A stretch of 64,000 nt of DNA from the human T2T-CHM13v2.0 reference genome, Homo sapiens: assembly GCF_009914755.1 (NCBI RefSeq), contig NC_060943.1, one strand, 5' to 3'. Of this stretch, positions 1 through 39,343 are shown in pieces; the first letter of the stretch is position 1; each line of letters opens with the position of its first letter. Position numbers and translations under genes: made by a program. The notes beneath the pieces are model-generated. The model saw nothing but the letters and a program-made list of their open reading frames with translations, searched no databases and was not told the origin of the DNA.

Positions 1-470
1 TTGAAGCAAAAAAATTAACAAAGATATCAGGACCTAAACTCAACATTTGACCAAATAGTCCTAACTGGCATCTATAGAACTGTCCAACTGAAATCAACAT
101 AGTATACATTCTTCTCATCACCACGTCACATACTCTAAAATTGACCACACAATCAGAAATAAAACAATCCTCAGCAAATTCAATTTTCCCAAAGTCATAC
201 CAAACACACACTTAGGCCACAGCTTTGTAAAGATATAATTCAATACAAAGAAAACCACTTCAAATTATCCAATTACATGGAAATTTAAAAACCTTCACCT
301 GAATGACTTTTGGGTAAATAATAAAATTAAGCAGAAATCAATAAGTTCTTTGAAACAAATAAGAAGAACAAAGATACACAAACCAGAATCGCTACAACAC
401 AGCCAAGGCAGTGTTAAGAAGGAAATTTATAGCACTAACTACTCACATCAAAAACTTAGAAATCAATTTA

Positions 471-644
<174 letters not shown>

Positions 645-1167
645 TCAATCAATCAATAAAGCAAGAGAAAACCAATTCCCAAGCTAGCAGAAGACAAGAA
701 ATAACCAAAATTAGATCTGAACTGAAGGAGATTTAGAAATGAAAAGTCATAGAAAATATCAAGTAATCCAGGAGTTAAATATTTGAAAAAAATTAAGAAG
801 ATAAACCGCTAGCAAGATTAGCAAAGAAAGAAGATCCAAATAAGCACAATTAAAAATGACAACAGGGGGCCAGGTGCCGTGACTCATGCCTGTAATCCTA
901 GCACTTTGGAAGGCCAAGGAAGGTGGATCACCTGAGGTCAGGAGTTTGAGACCAACCAGCCTGGTCAACATGGTGAAACTCCCTCTGTACTAAAAATACA
1001 AAAATTACCCAGGCGAGGTGGTGCATGCCTGTAGTCCCACCTACCTGGGAGGCTGAGGCAAGCCAATTACTTGAACGCAGGAGGTGGAGGCTGCCTGGGC
1101 AACAGAGCGAGACTCTGTCAAAAAAAAAAAAAAAAAGATAAGGACAAAACCCAAAAAGGATGAAAAC

Positions 1168-1265
1168 TGAGAATGGCACTAAGGCCCAGAGTTTTGGTCG
1201 CACTCTGACCAAAAAATGAGAATGGCACTAAGGCCCAGAGTTTTGGTCGCACTCTGACCAAAAAA
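1168..1265. repeat. Perfect 49-bp tandem duplication (2 copies)
   Basis: tgagaatggcactaaggcccagagttttggtcgcactctgaccaaaaaa occurs identically at 1168-1216 and 1217-1265. Confidence 0.95.
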
Positions 1266-1269
1266 GGAG

Positions 1270-1465
1270 ACAGTTTTAAACAAAATTATTGGACGACATT
1301 ATTCTGGACTGAGCTTGTGCACTAGGTCCAAACAGACAAACCTAACCAAAATGGAGTCACTGATGCTTAAATGTGACATAATGGAACTGAACATTTAAGG
1401 AAAGTGGTAGATGCTAAAACAGGCCAGGTTTTGTCTGTCTTTTGTAAACAGCAGATTTAAGCACA
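1270..1465 (+). mobile_element. ERV1-class LTR fragment (MER66-like)
   Basis: ggactgagcttgtgcactaggtccaaacagac...aaccaaaatggagtcactgatgct resembles MER4-group LTR 5' ends; subfamily uncertain. Confidence 0.5.
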
Positions 1466-1531
1466 TAATTGCTTAAACCAGGAAGGCGAAGGTTGCGGTA
1501 ATCTGAGATCATTCCACCGCACTCCAGCCTA

Positions 1532-1913
<382 letters not shown>

Positions 1914-3333
1914 TTACCTCTGACCCCACAAAAATACAAATAGCTATTGAAGTTTACTATAGACACCTCTGTACACAAAAACTAGAAAATCTAAAGGAAG
2001 TGGATAAATTTCTAGACAAACAAATTCTCTCAAGACCAAACAAGTTGAAGCCCTAAATAGATCAATAACAAGCTCCAAAATTAAGTTAGTAGTAAATAGG
2101 CTACCAACTAAAAAAACCCAAGACCAGAAGGTTCACAGCTGAATTCTACCAAGTATAAAAAGAAAAGCTGATATAATGCCTTTTAAAACTATTACAAAAA
2201 ATTAAGAAGGGACTTCTCCCCAGCTCATTATATAATAGCATCATTCTGATACCAAAACCTGGCAGAGACAAAACAACCCAGAAGAAAACCTCAGGCTAAT
2301 ATCCTTGATGAACATTGCTGCAAAAATCCTCAACAAAATATGGGCAAACCAAATCCAGCAGCACATCAAAAAGCTAATCTACTATAACCAAGTAGGCTTT
2401 ATCGCTGGAATGCAAGGTTGGTTCAACATACAAAAATATCAATAAATCTGATTCACATAAACAGAACTAAAGAACCACAAAATTATCTCAATAGATGCAG
2501 AAAAAACTTCCAATAAAATGTAACATTGTTCATGCATAAAACCCTCAACAAACTAAGCATTGAAGATACATACTTCAAAATAATGAGTTATCTATGACAA
2601 ATCCAAAGCCAACATACTAAATGGACACAAGCTGGAAGCATTCCTTCTGAAAACTGGCACAAGATAAGGATGCCTTTTCTTACCGCTCTTATTCAACAGA
2701 GAATTGGAAGTCCTGGCTAGAGAAATCAGGCAAGAGAAAGAAAGAAAATGCACCCAAACAGGAAGGGAGGAAATCAAACTATCCCTGTTTTCAGATGACA
2801 TGATTCAGTATCTAGAAAACCCTAGTTTTGGCAGAAATGCTCTATAAACTGACAACTTCTGCAAAGTTTCAAAATACAAAACAAAGGTGCAGAAATAAGT
2901 AGCACCTCTATACATCAACATACAAGCCAAAAGCCAAATCAAAAACACAATCACATTCAAAAATGCCACAAAAAGAATAAGGTATCTAGGAATACAGCTA
3001 ACCAGGGAAGTGAAAGATCTCTACGACAACAATTACAAAACACTGCTCAAAGAAGTCAGAGATGACACAAACAAATGCAAACTATTTGATGGTCATGGAC
3101 AGAGAAGATCAATATCATTAAAATGGCCATACTGACCAGGCATGATGACTCACGCCTATAATCCCAGAACTTTGGGAGGCTGAGGCAGGCAGATTGCCTG
3201 AGCTCAGGAGTTTGAGACCAGTCAGGACAACATAAAGAAACCCAATTTCTACAAAAAAAATACTAAAAGAAAAATTAGCTGGGCACGGTGGCGTGTAATC
3301 CCAGCACTTTGGGAGGCTGAGTCGGGTGGATCA

Positions 3334-3870
<537 letters not shown>

Positions 3871-3914
3871 TCAAAAAAAAAAAAAAAAAGAAAGAAAGAA
3901 AGAAAATATAATAT

Positions 3915-4912
<998 letters not shown>

Positions 4913-4919
4913 GAAAGGA

Positions 4920-11065
<6,146 letters not shown>

Positions 11066-11240
11066 CATTTCTAGGCTTCCAGGGGAGGCCCTGGCGTCTT
11101 AGCTGTGGATCTCCCAATGCTTGCAGGTCACAGGGCCACAGAGGCTGGGCCTCTAAGAGCAGGGGACACAAAGCAGGGAAGACGAGACCAAGCGCTCCAG
11201 CTGCAGCGAGAGACAAAGGCCCCGCCAAATCCCGGAAGCC
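11066..11240 (-). CDS. ZNF724: Exon 1 of KRAB zinc-finger gene: 5' UTR plus start ATG only (coding bases 11066-11068, phase-0 donor); upstream boundary approximate
   Basis: Minus strand reads ...GATCCACAGCTAAGACGCCAGGGCCTCCCCTGGAAGCCTAGAAATG|GTGAGA, the hallmark first exon of ZNF91-subfamily genes. The symbol is inferred from the neighbouring IPO5 pseudogene and the ~24-kb spacing to the next promoter, as recalled for 19p12. Confidence 0.8.
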
Positions 11241-11619
11241 GCCCTGTCCGCTCCAGTTGCGTGCCTGATTGGACGGTCCCCAGCTCAGGGTCCCTGATTG
11301 GAAAACGTCTAAGGCCCAGCCCCTTCAGGCCTTAAGTGACAGAAGACCTGACCAAACGCTGGACTGAATGAAGAAAGAGTGACAGCCTAAGCTGCAGCGT
11401 TTTCAGGCAGGGCTTCCTCCCTGAGCTTAGCCCACCCCGGAGGGTATTTGCATTTGACCTCGTGTATGAGGTTTCATGTATTTATAAATAACATACTATA
11501 CGGCTATTCACAAATGAAAAATATATAATAACAATAATTTTAAAATTTCAGTTTTTATGATCTTCCTGGCTTCTGGCATTTGAGCAAGCAGCCTGAGACT
11601 TTTTTAAAAAGGCAATCCT

Positions 11620-11853
11620 CTGAAATAAAATATAAGCCACATGTGAATTTTGAATTTTCTAGTAGCCAACTTTAAAAAGAAACAAGAAAAAGGTGGAGTT
11701 GATTGTAACAATTTAACTTACCCAATATATCCAAAATATTATCAGTTTAATATGTGAGCAATAATTATATATGTATATACATGTATATGTATGTATATAT
11801 GTATATATGTGTGTATATATGTATATATGTATGTGTGTATATATGTATATATA

Positions 11854-11886
<33 letters not shown>

Positions 11887-12005
11887 CACTAAATCTTTGA
11901 AACTCACTCTGTATTTTACCATTCCAGCACATCGCAGTTTAGACCAGCGACATTCCAGGCACCCAGGAGCCACACGTGGCCAATAGCTGCCATATTGAAG
12001 TGCAG
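11620..12005. mobile_element. hAT-Charlie DNA transposon fossil (MER33/MER3-like) containing a (TA/TG)n microsatellite at ~11767-11886
   Basis: agccacatgtgaattttgaattttctagtagcca...acccaatatatccaaaatattatca...agccacacgtggccaatagctgccatattg. Confidence 0.7.
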
Positions 12006-12228
12006 CTGCGATGTCAGCTGAGTGAAGGGCCTGGACATCAGAGGTGGGGGAAAGCCTCTTCCTACCAACATCTCTTCAGTTCCCAGGGTGGAACAGATAG
12101 TGGCCATAAAAGAGCAGAAGGCAGCAAGAATAAAATAACCACACATAGACCACTGCTGGCCACCTGTTGACCACCTTCCTTCCAGATTAAACAGTGAACA
12201 AAAAGTGATGGGGTGACAGGAGAAGTAA

Positions 12229-12474
<246 letters not shown>

Positions 12475-14096
12475 TGAACTCCCGACTTCCGGTGATCTGC
12501 CGGCTCCCACCTCCCAAAGTGCTGGAATTACAGACGTGACCCACCACGCCCGGCCTTTTTTTTTTTTTTTTGAGACAGACTTGCTCTGTCACCCAGGCTG
12601 GAGTGCAGTGGCACGATCTTGGCTCACTGCAACTTCCACCTCTTGGGTTCAAGCAATTCCCTGCCTCAGTCTCCTGAGTAGCTGACATTACAGGCGCCCA
12701 CCACCACGCCGAGCTAATTTTTGTATTTTTAGTAGAGACAGAATTTCTCCATCTTGGCCAGGCTGGTCTTGAACTACCGACCTCATGATCCACCCGCCTC
12801 AGCCTCCCAAAGTGCTGGGATTACAGGCATGAGCCCAGCCTTGTCCACAGTCTTGACCTCCAATGTTTATATATGAAGAAAACAGATTAAAGGCAAACTT
12901 ATTTTGCTATTTGACCTTGGCCCTAATGGTCAGGCTGTGGTTATCTGTTTTATTTTGTGGTGTGGGGGGGTCTGTGTAAGTACAAATCACATGCATAAAT
13001 GTCTACGTGTATTTCTGCATTACTCAGCATTATCTTACAAGACATCCAACTTTCTTTTTATTTATTTATTTTGAGACAGAGTCTCACTCTGTTACCCAGG
13101 CTGGAGTGCAGCAGCGCAATGCGACCTTGGCTCACTGCAACCTCCACCTCCTGGGTTCAAGCTATTCTCCTACTTCTGCCTCCCCAGTAGCTGGGATTAT
13201 GGGTGCGTGCCACCACGCCCAGCTGATTTTTTTTGTATTTTTAGTAGAGACAGTGTTTCACCATGTTAACCAGGATGGTCTTCATCTCCGGACCTCGTGA
13301 TCTGCCCACCTCGGCCTCCCAAAGTGAGCCACCGTGCCCGGCCAAGACATCCAACTTTAAATCAGAAATAAAAAATTAGAGGCTGGGCACGGTGGTTCAG
13401 GCCTGTAATCCCAGCACTTTGGGAGGCAAGGCAGGTGGATCACGAGGTCAGAAGATCAAGACCATCCTGACTAACACGACGAAACCCCGTCTCTACTAAA
13501 AATACAAAAAATTAGCTGGGCGAGGTGGTGGGCGCCTGTAGTCCCAGCTACTCAGGAGGCTGAAGCAGGAGAATGGCGTGAACCCAGGAGGCGGAGCTTG
13601 CAGTGAGCCGAGATGGTGCCACTGCACTCCAGCCTGGGCGAGACTGTGAGACTCCATCTCAAAAAAAAAAAAAAAAAAAAGTTTGTGACTTATGTATAAT
13701 CTTTAATAAGGCGACTTTAAAATTATTGGTAAAGTAGTATCAGCAATGTCTTAAATATTGTTAGCATTTTGTTAACTTTTTTGAGATGTAGTCTCACTCT
13801 GCCGCTCAGGCTGGAGTGCAGTGGCGCGATCTTGGCTCACTGCAAGCTCCCCCTCCCGGGTTCAAGCAGTTCTCTGCCTCAGCCTCCCGAGTAGCTGGTA
13901 TTACAGACGCCTGCCACCATGCCTGGCTAATTTTTGTATTTTTAGTAGAGACGGAGTTTCACCATCTTGGCCAGGCTGGTCTTGAACTCCCGACCTTGGG
14001 ACCCACCCGCCTCGGCATCCCAAAGTGCTGGGATTACAGGTGTGAGCCACTGCGTCTGGAACATTTTTTTAATCAAGGGGTTTTTGGCCAGGCTCA

Positions 14097-14255
<159 letters not shown>

Positions 14256-15479
14256 CTACTCAGGAAGCTGAGGGAGGAGAATGGCTTTAACCCAGGAAGC
14301 AGAGGTTGCAGTGAGCCGAGATTGCACCACTGTACTCTACCCTCGCTGACAGAGTGAGATTCTGTCTCAAAAAAAAATCAAGTGGTTTTATGATTATTCC
14401 TCCAACAATACTATAAGATTTGCCCTAAGGGTTACAAATGATAAAGCCCAGCACATGACAGAATAACCTTTGCTTGCATATGCTTATAAAATATTGTTGG
14501 CTTAATGAAAACAGCTAAATTGTACACTTTTGGAATAAACTTTTTTTTTTTTTTTAGAATGGTATGAGGTCACAGGTTGGTTTAAGAGTGTGCCCTTTCT
14601 TAAGGATGATATGCATGGAAAGGCCAAAAGCAATTTCAGGATACCAAAAAAACTTCCCCTAATTGGCACTTTAACTAGTGAGGCTGGGGTGGAAGAGCTT
14701 TTCATTGACATTCCCCTTTATTTAACAATTTATTTAGTTGAATCAAATAAGGTACTCTTTTTACTTTTACAAAGCCCGGATGGCTTCTCTACCATCCAAG
14801 GAGGTAAGAAGTTAAACTGAGAGTTTTGATTGTTTTTGTTTTTTGAGATGGAATCTTGCTCTGTCACCCAGGCTGGAGTGCAGTTGCTTGATCTCGCCTT
14901 ACTGCAGCCTCTGCCTCCCAGGTTCCAGCGATTCTCTTGCTTCAGCCTCCTGAGTAGCTGGGATTACAGGTGCTCACCTCCACACCCAGCTAATTTGTGT
15001 ATTTTTAGTAGGGACGGGGTTTCACCATTTTGGCTGGGCTGGTCTTGAACTCCTGACCTTAGGCGATCTGCCTCCCAAAGTGCTGGGATTACAGGGATGA
15101 GCCACCACGCCCAGCCAGCTGAGAGTTTTAATCCTCTATTACACAATTGGTTTCTCTGGCAATCAATCCTGGTCCTGAGGCTGTCCAGAAGCCTCCAGCC
15201 AGAAGTCATCTCATTAACATACAAAAGATGCTTCTCTTTTCAGACATTCTAAAGATTTTAGGGGCTGCATACAAAGAAACTGAGACAAACTAAATACTGA
15301 CATTGATAAGAGCCTCCAGACCTGGCTCAGCTCTGGCAGTCTCTGGAAAGCTTTGCTTTACTCACCTCCTTTTAATTAGAACCTACCCCCAATAACCCTG
15401 TGGACATTCTTTATAGCAGCGGCATGTTCTGGCATTTCACATCTTTGATATAATCTTGGTGTTTGTTGTTTACTTCCTT

Positions 15480-15830
15480 ATACTTTTGTTCCGGGGAGCT
15501 ATGTCTTGTTTACACTATATTCCCAGTGCCAATCACAGGCCTCAGCCCATGGCAGGTGCTCAATGAATAGTTGTTTAATCAATGCACAATGGCATTGTCT
15601 GTAAAAGGGAAGCAAGGAGTAGGTTAGAGCACAGTTTAGCTCAGCCACTTCCTATCTGGCTGACTTTGGGCAAGTTCCTGAATTTTTTCTTCTTTCAGTC
15701 ACCTTGTCTGTGACACGAGGAATCATTAAACTTACCTACAGAGTTTCTGCTGATGAAGATTTAATGAGCAAAAATATCTAAATGGCTTTGAAACACTGGC
15801 TGGCACAGCAAGAGTGCTCCACACATCAAC
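15480..15830 (+). mobile_element. L2 3' end followed by MIR remnant
   Basis: ggcaggtgctcaatgaatagttgtttaatcaatg (L2 tail); tcagccacttcctatctggctgactttgggcaagttcc...acttacctacagag (MIR core). Confidence 0.6.
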
Positions 15831-15831
15831 T

Positions 15832-15947
15832 GTGTCGACTAAGGGTCAAACTCTTTAAAATATTTGAAGAAATTTATTGAGTCAAATATGAGTGACCATG
15901 CCCCATGACACAGCCCTCAGAAGGTCCTGAGGACATGTGGCAAAGGT
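15832..15947 (-). mobile_element. MER4-family LTR terminal fragment
   Basis: ggtcaaactctttaaaatatttgaagaaatttattgagtcaaatatgagtgaccatgccccatgacacagccctcagaaggtcctgaggacatgtg matches the MER4 3' end in antisense, as recalled. Confidence 0.65.
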
Positions 15948-16237
15948 GTTCTTCAAAGTGTTCATTATTAAGGCATCCATCTCCCATAACTTCAATGCAC
16001 TTTGCTAAACAATGCATTATTTCTGAGGACATCTGAAACTGTTTCTGTACCAATGGTCTTAATCAGAACATCACATAAATTGCCACATCTGTGTGAGATA
16101 CTCAGGACCACGGACTCTCACACACTCCAGAAGAAAAGGCACGGATTCTGCTGCTGCCCCTCCAACACCATTGTGGAAATAAAATTTCAGTAAAGGGACC
16201 ACCAGTTTGACAACCTGCTTGGTGTACTCCACAAAGC
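15948..16237 (-). pseudogene. IPO5P1: Importin-5 pseudogene fragment (internal coding piece, two 2-nt frameshifts, no poly-A tail)
   Basis: Manual minus-strand translation across the frameshifts: [95 protein letters not shown], matching the IPO5 segment [51 protein letters not shown]... as recalled. Confidence 0.92.
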
Positions 16238-16239
16238 AG

Positions 16240-25432
<9,193 letters not shown>

Positions 25433-25552
25433 CGCCGGGCACAGTGGCTGATGCCTGTAATCCCAGCACTTTGGGAGGCCGAGGCAGGCAGATCACCTGA
25501 GGTCAGAAGTTTGAGACCAGCCTGACCAACATGGAGGAGTCCTTCTCTACTA

Positions 25553-26057
<505 letters not shown>

Positions 26058-26364
26058 TGATCCACCCACCTCAGCCTCCCAAAGTGCTGGGATTACAGGC
26101 ATGAGCCACTGCATCTGGCCCAGAAAATTTTCATAAACAGGGGCAAATATTATTACTTCTCATAAATTATTGTTGTATTGTGCATTAATATATAAAAAAT
26201 TGCTAGGATAAAATATAGTAGTCAATATAGCCCAAGAAAGATTGTTGCCAGGCATGGTGGCTCATGCCTGTAATCTCAGCAATTTGGGACTCCAAATGAT
26301 CCCAAAGGATCACTTAAAGTGAGGAGTTCCAGACCAGCCTGGCCAACATGGTGAAACGTCTCTA

Positions 26365-26417
<53 letters not shown>

Positions 26418-27618
26418 AAAATCAGCCAGGCGCAGTGGCTCACGCCTGTAATACCAGCACTTTGGGAGGCCGAGGCGGGTGGATCACAAGGTCAGGAGAT
26501 CGAGACCATCCTGGCTAACAAGGTGAAACCCCGTCTCTACTAAAAATACAAAAAATTAGCCGGGCGTGGTGGCGCCTGTAGTCCCAGCTACTCAGGAGGC
26601 TGAGGCAGGAGAATGGCATGAACCTGGGAGGCAGAGCTTGCAGTGAGCCGAGATGGTGCCACCGCACTGCAGCCTGGGCGACAGAGCGAGACTCCGTCTC
26701 AAAAAAACAAAAACAGAAACAAAAACAAACAGAAAAAACATTAGCCAGGCTTTGTGGCGCGTACCTGTAATCCCAGCTACTCAAAATGCTGAGGCAGAAG
26801 AATCACTAAAACCTGGGAGACAGCAGTTGCAGTGAGCCAAGATCGCGCCACTGCACCCCATCTTGGGTGACAGAAGATGACTGTCTCAAAAAAAAAAAAA
26901 AAAAATTGTTGCCATTCTTGCTATAATGCTATAAACCTGTAAATTCTATAAAACTCTCAATTTCATATTCTCCATGAATTCTTACAGGCACACACCTGTA
27001 ATCCCAGCTACTTGAAAAGCTGAGACAGAAGTATTGCTTGAACCCTGAAGACAGAGGTTTGCAGTGAGCCGAAATTGTGCCACTGCACTCCAGCGTGGGG
27101 AATAGGCAAGACTCTTTCCCAAAAAAAAAAACAAAAAAAAAAACACAGAAACATAAGCCCAACCCCGGATCTCTTGAATGAGAATCTGCATCTCAAGATG
27201 ATCTCCAGTTTATTGTTGCACATGATACAATTTGCAAAGTGTGCTTCTAAATCACTGACTTTTCTACCTGATAATTATACACAGCTGATTCTGGATGATT
27301 TAAAATAGCACTCAGGCCAGGTGCGGTGGCTCATACCTGTAATCCCAGCACTTTGGGAGGCCGTGGTGGGCAGATCACAAGGTCAAGAGATCAAGACCAT
27401 CCCGGCCAACATGGTGAAACCCTGTCTCTACTAAAAATACAAAAATTAGCTGGGTGTGGTGGCCTGCGCCTGTAGTCCCAGCTACCTGGGAGGCTGAGGC
27501 AGGAGAATGGCTTGAACCCGGGAGGCTATGTTGCAGTGAGCCGAGATCACGCCACTGCACTCCAGCCTGGTGACAGAGCGAGACTCTGTCTCAAAAAAAA
27601 AACGTAAAAATAAATTTA

Positions 27619-27777
<159 letters not shown>

Positions 27778-27799
27778 TCAAACAAACCAACAAACCAAC

Positions 27800-34897
<7,098 letters not shown>

Positions 34898-35085
34898 CTT
34901 TTCCCAGCTTCCAGGATGTCCTGGCATCTTAGCTGTGCGTCTCCCAGAACCTGCAGATCACAGGGCAAGAGGCTGTGACAGTCACCGGGGGCTCCCGAGG
35001 TGGAGGACGTAAAACAGCAGAGACCGATCCCAAGCTGTGGCGGGAGTGAGATACAAAGGCCCCACCAAATGCCGGAAGCCACGCC
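34898..35085 (-). ncRNA. IPO5P1: ZNF-type exon 1 of a truncated ZNF duplicate, probably the first exon of the IPO5P1 non-coding transcript; keeps a 10-codon open start MPGHPGSWEK (34927-34898) and a consensus GT donor
   Basis: Minus strand reads GACGCACAGCTAAGATGCCAGGACATCCTGGAAGCTGGGAAAAG|GTGAGT, homologous to the exon at 11066-11240. Transcription cannot be seen from sequence; the assignment rests on recalled annotation. Confidence 0.65.
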
Positions 35086-35249
35086 CTCCTCTCCAACTGG
35101 GCGGTTCCTGCGCTAGCGCCACTGATTGGATAAAGCACCAGCACTCTCTCTCCATACCAACCCCCTCCTCTCAGCATTAGTGCATTTTACTGACAGGAAA
35201 ACAGGCTAAAGTAGGTAGGGTAAGGTGCACAGGGAATTACAGCTAATAA

Positions 35250-35910
<661 letters not shown>

Positions 35911-37280
35911 TGATCCGCCCGCCTCGGCCTCTCAAAGTGCTGGGATTACAGGCGTGAGCCACCGCGCCCAGCCCCATTTGGACATTTTAAAACAACTTTT
36001 TAATCATTTTGATAATGCAGAAAAAAACCAGCACTTTGGGAGGCTGAGGCGGGCGGATCACGAGGTCAGGAGATCCAGACCATTCTGGCCAACATGGTGA
36101 AACCCCATCTCTATTAAAAACACAAAAATTAGCTGGGTGTGGTGGTGTGCGCCTGTAATCCCAGCTACTGGGAAGGCTGAGGCAGGAGAATCACTTGAAC
36201 CAGGGAGTCAGAGGTTGCAGTGAGCTGAGATCGTGCCATTGCACTCCAGCCTGGCTATAGGGCGAGACTGCGTCTCAAAAAAAGAAAAGAAAACAAAACA
36301 AAACAAAACAAAAATCCTGAGATGGTGCTGCTGGATATGAGTGCTGGAAAGGGGGAGGGAATTAAGAGCTGACCAGATCCCTCCTGACTGCCCCGCAGAA
36401 CAAGTGGGGGGTGGTGCTGCACTAAATGATGCCCTCCCACAGAAGATGTATTTGCATTGGTTCAATGAATATACAATGCAGAGACCTAAATGAAGACACG
36501 TGAATGGGTGTATGTGGACATCAGATTGCAGCTGGGAAACAGGTGCCTCTCATTCTCCCCAGCAAGTGTGGAAGGTGTCCATGCCCATGAGGGTATAGAT
36601 CTGTCATTCTTAACTTGTATACAACTCTAGGTCAGTTCTGACTCAATGACGTGCAGATGAGATTTCTCAGATCATTTGTATGTTTGACATTGTGGCTGCT
36701 GCTTTTGCTGCCACCATCCCCAGGCCCAACCTGGCTTAAAGTCCAGGCTTTAGGTCAAAACAATGGAGGGCTTCCTGTGTTCTGGGATGGGAAGTTGGAG
36801 ATCTGTGGTAGGGCTGGGGGTTGGGGTACACTTTAGTTTTGTGCAGAATGAGAGCTGCAGTGGTTTTATTAATCGTGATGATTGGCCTGGCCTGGTTGTA
36901 ACTCTGGGCGGGGGGAAGGAATCAGCAGTGGTTGTTCCCCAGATATTCATGTGTCCAGCCCTGGCCTTCCTGCCCTCAGACCCAGCAAAAAGTACCACCA
37001 CAGACTCTGACTTGCCTGCCTACTCCCTGCACCCCAGATGGGAATACCTTGGAGGCCAGACTCTGAATGTATTATTCTCCCCATTCTAACCAGACCTGCC
37101 TAACACACAGTGAGGGAGTGAAGATAGGCAGGGTGAGGGACCTGGGGAGAACCAGAGTGGAATCACAAATCCTTGGGAAAAGTTAAAGATACAGCAGTGG
37201 GCTGGGCTCAGTGGCTCACGCCTGTAATCCCGGCACTTTGGGAGGCCGAGGCAGGCAGATCACCTGAGGTCAGGAGTTCA

Positions 37281-37490
<210 letters not shown>

Positions 37491-37826
37491 CTATCTCTCA
37501 AAATTGAGAAGATGACCAATAGGGAGAAATTGTTAAATTAATTATACCCTAAAGCTGCTCCCTTTCCTGTTTAATTTTAGTCAATAGTTGTTTTTTGTTT
37601 TACATAGTAAACTGAAACCTAACTGGACATGTAAATAGACTGTACCCATTCTTGTACCAACCACTGTGGTTTGGCCAATAAAAGGATGTCAACTGTTCAA
37701 ACCATGTTCAAATAAGGCAAACCCCAAGCTGTAATCAATCTGGCTGTTTCTGTACCTCACTGCCATTTTCTGTATGTCATTTTGCTTTTTCTATCCATAA
37801 GTCTTTTTCCACCTTGTGGCTGTGCT

Positions 37827-39343
37827 TGAAGGGGGCCTGCCCCTCCACACCTGTGGGTATTTCTCGAAAGGTGGAAATGAGAGACTGAGAAAAAAAAATA
37901 AGACACAGAGACAAAGTATAGAGGAAGAAAAGTGGGCCCGGGGGACCAGCGCTCAGCATATGGAGGACCTGCACCGGCACCAGTCTCTGAGTTCCCTCAG
38001 TATTTATTGATCACTGTCTCTACCATCTCGGTGAAGGGGATGTGGCAGGACTATAGGGTAATGGTGGGGAGAGGGTCAGCAGGAAAACGTGTGAGCAAAG
38101 GACTCTGTGTCATAAATAAGTTTAAGGAAAGGTGCTGTGCCTTGATGTGCACATAGGCCAGATTTATGTTTGACTTTACACAAACATCTCAGTGCAGTAA
38201 AGAGCAATATTGCCACTAGCATGTCTCACCTCCAGCCTTATGGCGTTTTTCTCCTATTGTTGTAACCGAGCGAGTTATAGAGAAATGCCACACTCTGAGA
38301 CTAATTCAGGAGTCCTTTATTGCCAGCAACTGAGAGACGGCTAGCGCTCAAAATTCTCTCAACCCCGAAGAAGGGGCTAGATTTCTTTTTATACCTTGGT
38401 CTAAAAGGGGAGGGGGAGTCTAGCTGAAGCAATTTTTACAGAAGCAAAACAGGCAAAAAGTTAAAAAATTGATGGTTACAGAGATAGTTACAGAAAAATA
38501 AACAGTTCCAGGTGCAGGGGCTTAAACTATCACAAAGAGATAATGCAGGGGCTTTGGGTACCATCCACCGAGCGCATCCCCAGGAGCTGCTGGTTCAGCT
38601 TGCCTCTATATCTTATCAGTAAGTGCATTCCTGGACGTGCTTGGAGTCAGCTTGCACTAGTTATGTCCTTAAGGGAGGGGGATAAGGGGGGCTGCAAGTG
38701 AAGAAACAAAAATGGAGTCTGTCTGGCTCTCTCAGCTAAAAGAGAGTCAATCCGGTTAAAACAAGGTAGGGTATCACACTACCTTAGTAAATAGAATGTA
38801 CGATTGGGTTTTACACCGAGACATTCGAATCCTAGGGACGAGCAGGAGACAGATGCCTTCCTCTTATCTCAACTGCAAAGAGGCCTTCCTCTCTCACTAA
38901 TCCTCCTAAGCACAGACCGTTTACAGGTGTTGGGCTAGGGGACGGTCAGGTCTTTCCCTTCCCATGAGGCCATATCTCAGGCTGTCTCAGTTGGGGGAAA
39001 CCTTGGACAATGCACAGGCTTTCTTAGGAAGAGGTCCCTGTGGCCTTCTGCAGTGCATTGTGTCCCTGGGTACTCGAGACTGGAGAATGGTGATGACTTT
39101 TACCAAGCATACTGCCTGCAAACATATTTTTAACAAAGCACATCCTGCACAGCCCTAAATCCATTAAACCTTGAGTCAATACAGCACATGTTTCTGCAAG
39201 CACAGGGTTGGGGCTAGGGTTACAGATTAACAGCATCTCAAGGCAGAAGAATTTTTCTTAGTACAGATCAAAATGGAGTTTTTATGTCTTCCTTTTTCTA
39301 CATAGACACAATAACAATCTGATCTATCTTTCTTTCCCCCACA
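37827..39343 (-). mobile_element. HERV-K(HML-2) solo LTR, older LTR5A/LTR5B type, split by LTR6B
   Basis: Minus strand begins TGTGGGGGAAAGAAAGATAGATCAGATTGTT and ends ...GTGTGGAGGGGCAGGCCCCCTTCA; near-TSD gtgct/atgct. Confidence 0.9.
38258..38778 (-). mobile_element. HERV-S71/HERV-T solo LTR (LTR6B-like) nested in LTR5
   Basis: Minus strand TGTGATACCCTACCTTGTTTTAACC...GAGAGAGCCAGACAGACTCCATTTT...CGGTTACAACA; 4-bp TSD ctat/ctac; LTR5 sequence is continuous on both sides. Confidence 0.8.

Noticed and set aside
14541-14805. Poly-T followed by unique-looking sequence, possibly a processed pseudogene tail
   Set aside because: No polyadenylation signal at the expected distance, no TSD and no recognisable parent gene.
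39040-39343. Strong similarity between this segment and 50280-50610
   Set aside because: Not a local duplication: the SVA SINE-R domain is derived from the HML-2 LTR5.
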